DNA of 64,000 nt from a candidate division FCPU426 bacterium. GTDB lineage: Bacteria > Oederibacteriota > Muellerivitia > Muellerivitales > Muellerivitaceae. Position 1 is the stretch's first letter. Each line of letters begins with the position of its first letter. A model generated the notes under the pieces. The model made no database searches. It saw only the letters and a program-made list of their open reading frames with translations, and was not told the origin of the DNA. The position numbers were made by a program, and so were the translations under genes. The DNA is taken from positions 32,001-96,000 of the forward strand of contig CAVTWJ010000014.1 of the NCBI GenBank assembly GCA_963738405.1, in the 5' to 3' direction. This document shows positions 55,058 to 64,000 of this stretch, piece after piece.

Positions 55058-57559
55058 TCAACCCTGCCATTTTTTGATCTTGTCCACATAAGAAGAGACT
55101 AGATCTTTCGCCGTTTTCTCCGTCTCCGCCTCAGCGGTCACGTGAAAAAAGGCCAGGTCGGCGTCGGGCAGAATCATGACCGACGACCCGTTTTGGGTGA
55201 TCTTAACCCCGTCAATCAGCTCCCTTTTTAAGTTTTCGGTGTCTTCAATCAAATGCCGCATGATGGTTCCCTTCATTTCCCAAGAACAGGGTACCTTTTG
55301 GCTGACCTCGTGTTTTTTAGGAATCTGGGGGAGATAACTGGAAATGGGCTTATGTTCGAGTGCCAAAAATTCCATCAGTTTGGCGGTGGACATCATGGCG
55401 TCCATGTGGGGAGCGAAAGATGTGAAGATAAAACCCCCATCCGGTTCCCCCACAAGGGAGATACCAGGCTGGGTTGCCGCTTCCATGAGGGAAAAATAGG
55501 TCGTACGGGTGCGCTGGACGCTGCCACCATTTGCCTTGGCCAAGTCATCCAGAACCTGGGAAGCGTTGATAGGAACCACGGTCTTTGCGCCCTTCTGTCG
55601 GTGGTAAATGTAGAGGGAGAAAAGGGCGAGCAGCTCGGTTCCACCCAGCAAGTGTCCTTTTTCATCCACCACGAAAATCTTTTCCGCGCCCGCGTCAAAC
55701 AGGACCCCGAAGTGGGCCTTGAGGGTCGGCACAATGTCGGAAAGCTGCTTCAGGGCGGCCTGAAATTGTTCAGGGGTTTTGGTGAGTTTGGATTCATCCA
55801 TATAGGCGTTCAAAGCCACGACCTCGCAGCCCAATTTCCCCAATAGCCATGGAAAGATGGGCGAAGCCGCAGAGAAAGCGTAGTCAATCACCACCTTGGG
55901 TTTGCAATCAACAATGGATTTCACTTCCAAAGCGTCCAAGAAACCTTGGTGATAAAACTCCAACATACGGTGGGGGAAAACCAGCTCGCCGGTTTCTTCC
56001 ATGGTGGCCCGGCGGAAATCTTCCCGATAAAAAAGATTTTCGATTCCCTTTTCCTTGCCAGAGGAAAGGGCAAGACCCCTGCTGTCAAAAAACTTGATGT
56101 CGATGAACTGCTCGTCAAAGGGGCTCTTTCGGGTATGCAGGCCGCCAGCATCGGAAAGTTTGGGCACGGCGTATCGCGCCACGGGAATCGGCATTTCTTG
56201 AAGGTCATGCACGTTGACGCCTGAGGAAAGGATACCGGAGATGAGAGCCCGGTTGATCATGCGGCTTGTTTTGTGGATGTCCCTGGCAGTCAAAACCGTT
56301 GAGCCCTTTGGCAGGGAGGCCCCATAGGCCGCACCCAACTTGCTGGCGAATTCCGGCGTGATGTCAATGCCAGCCATTCCGGTGACTCCGTGTTGGCCAA
56401 AAATGGAACGGGCCCATTTATCGCCCCAGACGAGGGAGGTGGAAAGTTGCGCCCCATCCTCCACGACCTTATTGGGCCAAACCTTGACGCCCGCCTTGAT
56501 GACCGATTCCTTGCCGATGGTGCAATTATCCGAAACGATCACACCCTCGAAGATGTTGGCTTTTTCTTGTACATCCGTACCTGAAGCAATCACGCATTCT
56601 CGAACCTGGGCCTCAGCCCCAATGGCCACATTGCGCCAAAGGATGGCGTTGGTCAAAACGGCTCCCTCCCCCACCTGGCAGCCGTCGCCTAAAACCGAAT
56701 TGGTGATCTTGGCGTGCTTGGCAACGGTACAATCTTTTCCCACCACCACGGTACCGGTCAGCTGGGCGGTGGAATCAATGGTGCTTTTTTCCCCGGCCCA
56801 AATTTCTTTGCCGACCCGGTTTAAACGCGAACCCTGGATGCTGACATCCACCTTGCCTGCGAAAACATCCTGATGGGCCAAACGGTATTGGTCCAAATTA
56901 CCGATGTCCGCCCAATAGCCTTGGGCCACATAGCCGTAAAGAGGCATGTTTTTTTGGAGCATCAGCGGAAAAAGATTTTTCGAGAAATCGAATTCTTCTT
57001 TCTCAGGGATCAAATCCAAAACTTCCGGCTCAAGAATGTAAATACCGGTATTAACCGTATCGGAAAAAACCTCGCCCCAAGTGGGCTTTTCAAGGAAGCG
57101 CTGGATCTTTCCATCCGGCCCCGTAATGACGACCCCAAAGGCCAGGGGGTTTTCCACCCGGGTAAGGATCATGGTGGCCTGAGCTTTGTTTTTCTCATGA
57201 AAGGCGATGGCCGCGCCCAGATCGAAATCGGTTAATACGTCGCCGGAAATAACCACAAAACGTTCTTTTTCAATCATCGACTGGCAATTTTTGACCGAGC
57301 CCGCCGTGCCCAGGTCGCTTTCGGCGGCTTTGTACTGCATCTTCACCCCAAAGTCGGTACCATCCCGAAAATATTCGGTGATGATCTCCGGTTGGTAAAA
57401 GACCACGCTGATGAGGTCGGTCAGTTTATATTTTTTCAAAAGGTCGACGATGATTTCCATGATAGGCCGATTGACCATAGGGATCATGGGCTTGGGCAGG
57501 TTGATGGTTAGCGGGCGCATGCGGGTTCCAAAACCACCCGCCATAATCACTGCTTTCAT
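55058..57559 (-). CDS. Mannose-1-phosphate guanylyltransferase + hexapeptide repeats + PMM-like domain
   Basis: MAGGFGTRMRPLT..PKP, LGTAG, EKP, left-handed beta-helix repeats, C-terminal phosphomutase fold. Confidence 0.92.
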   Translation of the reverse strand: MKAVIMAGGFGTRMRPLTINLPKPMIPMVNRPIMEIIVDLLKKYKLTDLISVVFYQPEIITEYFRDGTDFGVKMQYKAAESDLGTAGSVKNCQSMIEKERFVVISGDVLTDFDLGAAIAFHEKNKAQATMILTRVENPLAFGVVITGPDGKIQRFLEKPTWGEVFSDTVNTGIYILEPEVLDLIPEKEEFDFSKNLFPLMLQKNMPLYGYVAQGYWADIGNLDQYRLAHQDVFAGKVDVSIQGSRLNRVGKEIWAGEKSTIDSTAQLTGTVVVGKDCTVAKHAKITNSVLGDGCQVGEGAVLTNAILWRNVAIGAEAQVRECVIASGTDVQEKANIFEGVIVSDNCTIGKESVIKAGVKVWPNKVVEDGAQLSTSLVWGDKWARSIFGQHGVTGMAGIDITPEFASKLGAAYGASLPKGSTVLTARDIHKTSRMINRALISGILSSGVNVHDLQEMPIPVARYAVPKLSDAGGLHTRKSPFDEQFIDIKFFDSRGLALSSGKEKGIENLFYREDFRRATMEETGELVFPHRMLEFYHQGFLDALEVKSIVDCKPKVVIDYAFSAASPIFPWLLGKLGCEVVALNAYMDESKLTKTPEQFQAALKQLSDIVPTLKAHFGVLFDAGAEKIFVVDEKGHLLGGTELLALFSLYIYHRQKGAKTVVPINASQVLDDLAKANGGSVQRTRTTYFSLMEAATQPGISLVGEPDGGFIFTSFAPHMDAMMSTAKLMEFLALEHKPISSYLPQIPKKHEVSQKVPCSWEMKGTIMRHLIEDTENLKRELIDGVKITQNGSSVMILPDADLAFFHVTAEAETEKTAKDLVSSYVDKIKKWQG

Positions 57560-57793
57560 TTGGAACCACCTTGGTATTGGCTGTGAGCCCTGGAAGGACG
57601 AACGGTTCATTTTATCCGCTTTCACGGGAAAATTGAACTTCCTCACGAGGGAAACCTTTTCGGCAAAACAAACGAGATTCGTTCAAGCTTGTCCTGTTTT
57701 ATGCGAGAAATGTGGAAAGGAAACTTGCAATTTCACCGCTAAAAACCCATTTTAGGGGTTCGTTTTTACCCAAAACTTAAGGAGTTCCACCCC

Positions 57794-59152
57794 ATGAGCC
57801 TGTCAGAACAGGATGTCTTGAACGCCCTTCGTCCCATTAAGGACCCCGACCTGCACCAGGACATCGTGACTTTAGGCTTCGTAAAACACATCGCTATCGA
57901 AGGTGGAAAAGTAAGTTTTGAGATCGAACTCACCACTCCCGCCTGTCCGGTCAAGGACCTCTTCAAAACCCAGGCCCAGGTGGCGGTTGGCAAGCTCCCG
58001 GGGGTCAGCGATGTTGAGGTCAAAATGACCTCCAATGTGCGCCAAGCCCCTACCGGCATCAAAAACCTCAACATGCCCACCGTCAAAAACCTGATCGCGG
58101 TTGCCTCGGGCAAGGGGGGCGTCGGCAAAAGCACCGTTGCTTCCAACCTGGCCCTGGCCCTCGCCAAAACCGGCGCCGCTGTCGGCCTTATGGACGCCGA
58201 TGTTTACGGCCCTTCTATTCCCCGAATGCTGGGAGTACAAGGCCGTCAGCCGGAAACCGATCCCCTATCCAAAAAGATGATTCCCTTTGAGAAACACGGC
58301 ATCAAGTTTATGAGCGTGGGGATGCTGCAGCAGGAAAGCGACACGGCGCTTATATGGAGAGGCCCCATGGCCAGTAAATTGGTCCAACAGTTCCTGGCGG
58401 GCGTTGAATGGGGCGCCTTGGATTACCTGTTGATTGACCTGCCTCCTGGCACTGGAGACATCCAACTGACTCTAACCCAGTCCGTCCCCCTGGCCGGGGC
58501 GGTCCTCGTGACCACTCCTCAGGACGTGGCCCGGCACATTACCCAAAAAGGTTTAAGAATGTTCCAACAGGTTCAGGTTCCCATTATCGGCATCGTGGAA
58601 AATATGAGCGGTTTTGTTTGCTCCCATTGCAATGAGATCACGCCTATCTTTAAGAAGGGCGGGGGCAAAAAAATGGCGGAGGAACTGGCCGTCCCCTTCC
58701 TCGGGGAGGTTCCCCTGGAGCCCTTGATCGCCGAGGATGGGGACAACGGGGTGCCTACGGTAGCCGCCCATCCGGATTCGGCCTCCGGCAAGGCCTATGG
58801 CCTTATCGCCTTGCAAATGGCGGCCCAGCTTTCCATCATCAATGCCGCCACTGTCAAAATTACCAACCGCCCCGAGGAAGTAAATACACAGGACGATAAA
58901 GTGACGGTGATTACCTGGGACGACAAAAAGGTGACCCGCTACCCCAACCGCTACTTAAGAAGCATGTGCCCTTGCGCATCATGCGTAAATGAGGTTACCG
59001 GAGAACGCACGATCAATTTGGAATCCATTGATCCGGAAGTGAAAATCATGGGGGTGGACCCGGTTGGCCGTTATGCCCTACATTTTCAATGGTCCGATGG
59101 CCATGGAACGGGGCTTTATTCTTTCGATACCTTAAGAAAATTGGGTGAATAA
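57794..59152 (+). CDS. Mrp/NBP35 Fe-S carrier ATPase with N-terminal DUF59 and C-terminal DUF971
   Basis: DPDL..LTTPACP, SGKGGVGKS, DLPPGTGD, ENMS..CSHC, LRSMCPCASC..WSDGHGTGLY. Confidence 0.93.
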   Translation: MSLSEQDVLNALRPIKDPDLHQDIVTLGFVKHIAIEGGKVSFEIELTTPACPVKDLFKTQAQVAVGKLPGVSDVEVKMTSNVRQAPTGIKNLNMPTVKNLIAVASGKGGVGKSTVASNLALALAKTGAAVGLMDADVYGPSIPRMLGVQGRQPETDPLSKKMIPFEKHGIKFMSVGMLQQESDTALIWRGPMASKLVQQFLAGVEWGALDYLLIDLPPGTGDIQLTLTQSVPLAGAVLVTTPQDVARHITQKGLRMFQQVQVPIIGIVENMSGFVCSHCNEITPIFKKGGGKKMAEELAVPFLGEVPLEPLIAEDGDNGVPTVAAHPDSASGKAYGLIALQMAAQLSIINAATVKITNRPEEVNTQDDKVTVITWDDKKVTRYPNRYLRSMCPCASCVNEVTGERTINLESIDPEVKIMGVDPVGRYALHFQWSDGHGTGLYSFDTLRKLGE

Positions 59153-59419
59153 TTCACAATCTTGTCGTCAGAAAAAAACCTAATATCGTGAAAACACGTG
59201 AGAATTTTTGGCGCCTTTGGAAATATCAAGCATTTCGGGTAAAGAATTCGACCGGCTTAATAAATTCAAGCTTTTAACGCTTTCATAGACATAAAAACAA
59301 CATTTTCAAAAAACACAGGGTTACACTTTTAACCTGATTTAACATCGGATGTGGTCCCCTTCCTCGAATCTCAATGTAAAGTAACTCAAATACATCTTGA
59401 GATTCAAAAAGAGGACACA

Positions 59420-59617
59420 ATGGCCATTGGATTTAAGTTTGAATCGAAGATCAAGATCCTCAACCAGTTCACCTATGACGCCATTTCCGATTTACGCGAA
59501 CTGCTTTGGCGTTGCGGGCAATGCGGGCTACTGGCCCACCGCAAGTGCGGCGTTCCGGATTACTGCCCCTCTTGCGCCGCGCCCCACAGGGAATTCGCAC
59601 TTGTGGAAGAAGACTAA
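59420..59617 (+). CDS. Small rubredoxin-like protein
   Basis: WRCGQCG...PDYCPSCAAP..EF; GAGGA RBS. Confidence 0.75.
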   Translation: MAIGFKFESKIKILNQFTYDAISDLRELLWRCGQCGLLAHRKCGVPDYCPSCAAPHREFALVEED

Positions 59618-61401
59618 TTTGAGATTTTTTGGATTTTCTGCAGAAGTTCGCCAGCTGAAATAAACCCTACCGCCCTTAAATCTTTCCGTTCCATCCCGTC
59701 AGGTCCCACAAACACCATCGTGGGTACCCCCATGATTTCGAATTGCTTCTTCAAAGTTTCCACGGGTCCGGAAGAATACTGGGTTAAATCCGCCTTCAAA
59801 AGAACCCATTTCCCCAGGGCCTCACGGACGGTAGGGTCCGGAAAAGTCTTAATCTCCAATTCCTTACAGGGAATGCACCAAGATGCAGAAAAATCCACCA
59901 ATACTGGACGTCCCTCGGATTTGGCTTGTGAAAGAAGCGCAGAATCAAAGGGTTTAAAATATGATTCCACGGGCTTGGGCCAGGATTGAAAAAGCCCAAG
60001 AGCCGCAATGATCAAAACCACTCCGACGGTTCTTTGGAAAGTCTTGAATCCCGCCGAGACCGAATGCCCTGCGAAAACCCAGCCCAACAAGATACCACCC
60101 AATCCCAGGTAGGCAGGAACGGCCATACGGTTGAAACCCTCCGGTAAAAGAGGGCCCAGGAAATAAAGGGGCATCCCTAAGAGCACCAAACCAAAGGCCT
60201 TTTTCACCCAAACCATCCATGTTCCAGCCTTTGGCAAACGGCCAATTTCTCCTGAAAAAAACCCAAGCCAAAGGTAGGGAAACCCTAATCCGAGTGACAG
60301 GGTGAAAAAGAGGATGAATCCAAGGTAAGGGTTGGCCTTGGCGGCCACATAGGTCAAAAGGCCGACGGAAAAGGGGTCCACACAGGGGGCGGCCACGATG
60401 CCGAAAACCAATCCCATCCCCAGGGCGCCCATCCAGCCTTGGGTATTCCCCGCCGCTACTTTGTTTAACAGCCAGCTGGGCGCTTGGATCTCGTACAAGC
60501 CGAACATAGAAAGGGAAAGGACGGTCAAAACTAACGAGATGCCGATGAGAACCAGGGGCGATTGCAGGGTAGAACCCAGGATCTTGCCGGTTAAGGCCGC
60601 CGTCACCCCCAGACTGGAATAGGTAATGGAAATGCCCACCACATAAGCGAAGGCTCGGTTCAGAATCACCAGGGGTTTTTCTGCTTTTTGGGAGCCGAAA
60701 TAAGAGACGGTTAGGGGAATCATGGGATAAACGCAAGGAGTAAGGTTTAAAGCTAGGCCCCCAAGGAAGATAAGAACAAAGGTCAGCAGAATCCCCTTTT
60801 CTCTAAAAAACTTGGCGATGATATTTTCAGGAGCTTGGTTAGAAGAAGCCAAAGGGTTTTGAAACACATCAGGATTAATCGGGGTCACAGCTTGCCCTGG
60901 TTTGCCAATTGAAAGTGTCAATTGCACAGACACTTTACTCGGAGCCATACAAACCTGATCGTTACAAGCTTGGTAATGGACTTGAAGATCTAAAGAAACC
61001 ATCCCTGTCTTGACGGCTGGGCTTAAAACCAGATCCAGGAAAAGGGTAGTGGCTTCCTGATAAACGGCGAATGGTTTCGATTCCCCGGCGAGGGTTTTAG
61101 GAATACCGGCTTCATAACGAACTTTTCCAACAATACTCAAGGGCGAACCGGGGGCCGGAGAAACTTCCAAAGGGATAAAGGACTCGGGCAGGCCTTCATG
61201 AGCGTTAACGTGCCAGCCGTGTTGTATCTTTAGCATCACCGCTGCGGTAAAGGGAACGCCGGGGGCCACGGGTTGAACCGCCGGAAAGGCCCGGGCGAAG
61301 ACGATCGTTCCGGGCCTTGGAAAAAAGGAAGAACTTTGAGCGGGTGAGGAACTGGGGGTTAGAAAAAGAAGGGTTAGAATTGAAAGGATGAAGTTTTTCA
61401 T
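59614..61401 (-). CDS. dsbD: Thiol:disulfide interchange protein DsbD
   Basis: Alpha domain CNDQVC, TM domain TPCVYP and APC, thioredoxin WCIPC. Confidence 0.92.
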   Translation of the reverse strand: MKNFILSILTLLFLTPSSSPAQSSSFFPRPGTIVFARAFPAVQPVAPGVPFTAAVMLKIQHGWHVNAHEGLPESFIPLEVSPAPGSPLSIVGKVRYEAGIPKTLAGESKPFAVYQEATTLFLDLVLSPAVKTGMVSLDLQVHYQACNDQVCMAPSKVSVQLTLSIGKPGQAVTPINPDVFQNPLASSNQAPENIIAKFFREKGILLTFVLIFLGGLALNLTPCVYPMIPLTVSYFGSQKAEKPLVILNRAFAYVVGISITYSSLGVTAALTGKILGSTLQSPLVLIGISLVLTVLSLSMFGLYEIQAPSWLLNKVAAGNTQGWMGALGMGLVFGIVAAPCVDPFSVGLLTYVAAKANPYLGFILFFTLSLGLGFPYLWLGFFSGEIGRLPKAGTWMVWVKKAFGLVLLGMPLYFLGPLLPEGFNRMAVPAYLGLGGILLGWVFAGHSVSAGFKTFQRTVGVVLIIAALGLFQSWPKPVESYFKPFDSALLSQAKSEGRPVLVDFSASWCIPCKELEIKTFPDPTVREALGKWVLLKADLTQYSSGPVETLKKQFEIMGVPTMVFVGPDGMERKDLRAVGFISAGELLQKIQKISN

Positions 61402-61502
61402 GCCCTTTTATACCCCAACCCAAGCTTGGGAGTTACAAGTTCAATAAAAAACCCGGGGGTTGGTCCGGATTTCCATGATCCAAACAACCTTCAGCTCTTT
61501 GA

Positions 61503-62516
61503 TTAAACCCTGCGCGTGGATTCCCTTTCAATCAGTTCGGGTTGGAGCGTGGTAGCTTTCACTGCCAGCGGTTCCCCCGAAATCATTTGAAACATCTTGT
61601 GGGCTGAAAGCTTGCCCATTTCGTAAGGTGAAAAAGCCACCGTGGTCAGGGCCGGTTCAAGGTAGGCCGCTTCTTCCATGTTATCGAATCCCAGGACGGA
61701 CATATCTCCCGGAACCGAAACCCCTTTTTCTTTCAATGCTCGTATGGCTCCCATGGCCATCAAGTCGCTGGCGCAAATAAGAGCGCTGGGCCGGCTAACG
61801 GCAGAAAGAATTTTGAGAGCGGCTTTATATCCGCCCTCCTCTTCAAAATCGCCATCTGCGGTCCATTCTTGATGAAAGTCAAGATGATGCGCCGAGAGGT
61901 TTTCTTGGAAGCCCTGGAATCGTTCAATGGCATTCGTGGTAGTCATACGGCCATTGATGATGCCGATGCGTTCATGCCCTAGGCCCACTAAATACTCGAC
62001 TGCTTTCTTAACCCCTAATTTGTTATCGAAACCCACATAAGGCAGGTCTTCCTGTCCGGTAATCTTGCCGTTGACCAAAATGAAGGGCACATTGGCCTCC
62101 GCCAATTCGCGGATGGAGGCGTCCGTGGACCATGCGTTCAAAACGAACATACCATCCACGCTGCCATCCCCCAAGAGGGCGCGATAAGAAATCTGGGCGC
62201 GGGCGGTTTCATTGAGGGGATGAAGAAGTAAACGGTATTGTTTTTCCGCCGCCACTTCCTCCAGCCCCTCGAGGATGCTGGTAAAAAAAGAGCTGCGAAA
62301 GATGGCGGTATGGTGGGGTGCGATCAAACCACAAATGTGGGAATGCTTTTGGCGCAATCGGCGTGCATGGGCCTGGGGTTTATAGTGAAGATCCTTGATG
62401 GCGACCTGGACCTTTTTTTTACAGTCATCGCTCACCCATTTTTTGTTATTCAAAACGCGGGAAACCGTTCCAATGGTGACTCCGGCACGTTTGGCTACAT
62501 CTTTAATGGTGGCCAC
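61503..62516 (-). CDS. LacI-family transcriptional regulator
   Basis: GTG start after AGGAG; TIKDVAKRAGV..TVSRVLN, VLGFDN, PALTTV. Confidence 0.95.
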   Translation of the reverse strand: MATIKDVAKRAGVTIGTVSRVLNNKKWVSDDCKKKVQVAIKDLHYKPQAHARRLRQKHSHICGLIAPHHTAIFRSSFFTSILEGLEEVAAEKQYRLLLHPLNETARAQISYRALLGDGSVDGMFVLNAWSTDASIRELAEANVPFILVNGKITGQEDLPYVGFDNKLGVKKAVEYLVGLGHERIGIINGRMTTTNAIERFQGFQENLSAHHLDFHQEWTADGDFEEEGGYKAALKILSAVSRPSALICASDLMAMGAIRALKEKGVSVPGDMSVLGFDNMEEAAYLEPALTTVAFSPYEMGKLSAHKMFQMISGEPLAVKATTLQPELIERESTRRV

Positions 62517-62694
62517 GGTGTTGCTCCTGATCTGATATTTCCGGCTCAAGATAGACGGGTGGGTCACCCGATTTCCGAATTTGGAATCCAATTCGGAATG
62601 ACCGTATTTTAGAAATCAGGAAGGGCATTTGCCATGCCCGGAGACCGAATGGACGAAAATAGTTTCTAAAGTTTTCCAGGCCTGTCAGATAAGC

Positions 62695-62708
62695 TTCAAA
62701 CGTTTTAA
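62695..62708. promoter_or_regulatory. Possible LacI-family operator
   Basis: TTCAAACGTTTTAA with a central AAACGTTT palindrome upstream of the lacI-like gene. Confidence 0.3.
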
Positions 62709-62742
62709 GAATAACGAAAATAAGGTTTAATCTTAAAGTAGG

Positions 62743-63744
62743 TCAGCTTTTGGGCAATGAAAGCAGTTCCAAAGCCCCCTGGTTGAATTCCAGGGTGCCC
62801 ATACCTTCCGAATCGATTTTCAATCTTTTGCCATTTTGACTGGGAATAAAATTCTCGTCTTTTAGACCGGTTGGTTCCATTTTTATACGAAGCATGACCC
62901 CGGGGGGAAAGGTCCCGGGAACTTTCCATCGAAACCGGAAACCTTGATCCATTTTTTCAACGACCGCTTTCTCAAATATCTTCTGGGCCCTGAAATAGGC
63001 CCCCACTCGAAGAAGCGTATCAACCCAAATATCCTTGGATTGAAGATAATCCAAAAGCTGGGTGAATATCTTTTTGGAAATGGGTTGATATCCCCAGGGA
63101 GTCCCCTCCAAGCCGTGGATCGTAAGGATGAGCCAAGCCTCGTCCTTAAGGTCGTTGTCGATCCAAGATTGGTAAGTTTCCCAAGAAAGATTAGTTTCCG
63201 TCATTTTCGAAGGAAGGTTCAACCAATCAGGTTCCGAATCGCTTTTGAGATCTTGTTGTCCCTGCCCATAACCGCCTCGCGCCAGCAAATGGCTTTGGCC
63301 CACAAGAGTTTTGAGTTCTGGTGTCATCTCCGTATAGGGGTAGCCATAGGTGTAAACGGAAACCCCAAATTCCTTTTGAAGCACGTTTTGCGCGCCGACC
63401 ACCTGGGCGTCCAGGTCCCGGGATGTTTTTAAATCCGAGACATGCAGATGATCCAAACTGTGATTTCCAATCTCGTGTCCGGCGGCCAATATCTTCCGCC
63501 AATCATCCTTTCGGTCGATCTTGTTTCCGATGAGAAAAAAGGTGCCTTTTAGTCCCCTGGAATTCAATTCGGGCAAAGCGACATCCAAATGGGAAGGGTC
63601 CCCGTCATCAAAGGTCATGGAGATGGCCGCCCGGTGGGCATTCCAGGGCAGTACCTTGATCGAAGGCATTATTTCTTGCGCGGCCGCCAAGGAACTCATG
63701 GCCCATGCCGTTAATAAAAAAACCAGTTTCAGCGTTTTATTCAT
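62743..63744 (-). CDS. Secreted polysaccharide deacetylase (CE4/NodB-like)
   Basis: Signal peptide; TFDDG, HEIGNHSLDH, YPY, LTIH. Confidence 0.9.
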   Translation of the reverse strand: MNKTLKLVFLLTAWAMSSLAAAQEIMPSIKVLPWNAHRAAISMTFDDGDPSHLDVALPELNSRGLKGTFFLIGNKIDRKDDWRKILAAGHEIGNHSLDHLHVSDLKTSRDLDAQVVGAQNVLQKEFGVSVYTYGYPYTEMTPELKTLVGQSHLLARGGYGQGQQDLKSDSEPDWLNLPSKMTETNLSWETYQSWIDNDLKDEAWLILTIHGLEGTPWGYQPISKKIFTQLLDYLQSKDIWVDTLLRVGAYFRAQKIFEKAVVEKMDQGFRFRWKVPGTFPPGVMLRIKMEPTGLKDENFIPSQNGKRLKIDSEGMGTLEFNQGALELLSLPKS

Positions 63745-63754
63745 CTTTCTCTCC

Positions 63755-63793
63755 AAAAAATAAAAAGCCCTCCCCGTTCGTCCGGGAAGGGCT
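63755..63793 (-). terminator. Terminator after the P-II gene
   Basis: Minus-strand AGCCCTTCCCG..CGGGGAGGGCT followed by TTTTATTTTTT. Confidence 0.8.
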
Positions 63794-63817
63794 CAGTTTA
63801 AACCAAGGACGTGATAA

Positions 63818-64000
63818 TTACAGGGCTTTAGGACCCTTTTCACCGGTTCGAATGCGGATGGCGTTCGTTACGGGCGAAACAAAAATTTTTCCGTCGCCGA
63901 TTTCGCCGGTGCGCGTCGCATTTACAATTACCTTTGTCACTTTCGCGACTTCCTTGTCGTTCACCACCGCGGTGATCACAATCTTAGGAAGAAGCCCCTC
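63818..64000 (-). CDS. P-II nitrogen regulatory family protein, C-terminal part
   Basis: Manual translation EGLLPKIVI..ATRTGEIGDGKIFVSPV..AIRIRTGEKG..*. Confidence 0.93.
   Translation of the reverse strand, partial: EGLLPKIVITAVVNDKEVAKVTKVIVNATRTGEIGDGKIFVSPVTNAIRIRTGEKGPKAL

Noticed and set aside
59144..59159. Rex-like box GGTGAATAATTCACAA
   Set aside because: Spacer is 3 bp rather than 4 and the site overlaps the mrp stop codon
62622..62640. Sigma54-like GGGCATGGCAAATGC upstream of the lacI-like gene
   Set aside because: Lacks the T of TGGC and is explained by a short GGGCAT/ATGCCC inverted repeat

Overview
Chromosomal window of a diderm bacterium (SurA, DsbD and an outer-membrane beta-barrel are present); I cannot assign the taxon. 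Almost all genes are on the minus strand. Housekeeping content includes the polA 5' end, parAB, nnr, acpS, a complete F1Fo atp operon, the AMMECR1/MEMO1 pair, argJ-thiL-tsaE-tsaB-rimI, mfd, sugar-phosphate enzymes, Mrp, DsbD, LacI and the 3' end of a P-II gene. A ~5 kb accessory island (about 25.7-30.9 kb) carries hicBA with a nonsense-disrupted toxin, a secreted TPR protein, an internally duplicated ParB-like protein and a Phd-PIN-HigA trio. The most striking observation is a three-gene SurA-family cluster whose last member is fused in frame to an 8-stranded outer-membrane beta-barrel, suggesting a membrane-tethered periplasmic chaperone relay. Other notable items: a single-chain tandem ParB with one degenerate CTP site, dispersed hairpin elements built from short tandem units, a Fur-boxed atypical NRAMP, a sigma54-driven stand-alone zinc anti-sigma peptide and a candidate structured RNA upstream of argJ. 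No rRNA, tRNA, CRISPR array, integrase or transposase was recognised. All family calls are from motif recognition by eye, not from database searches.
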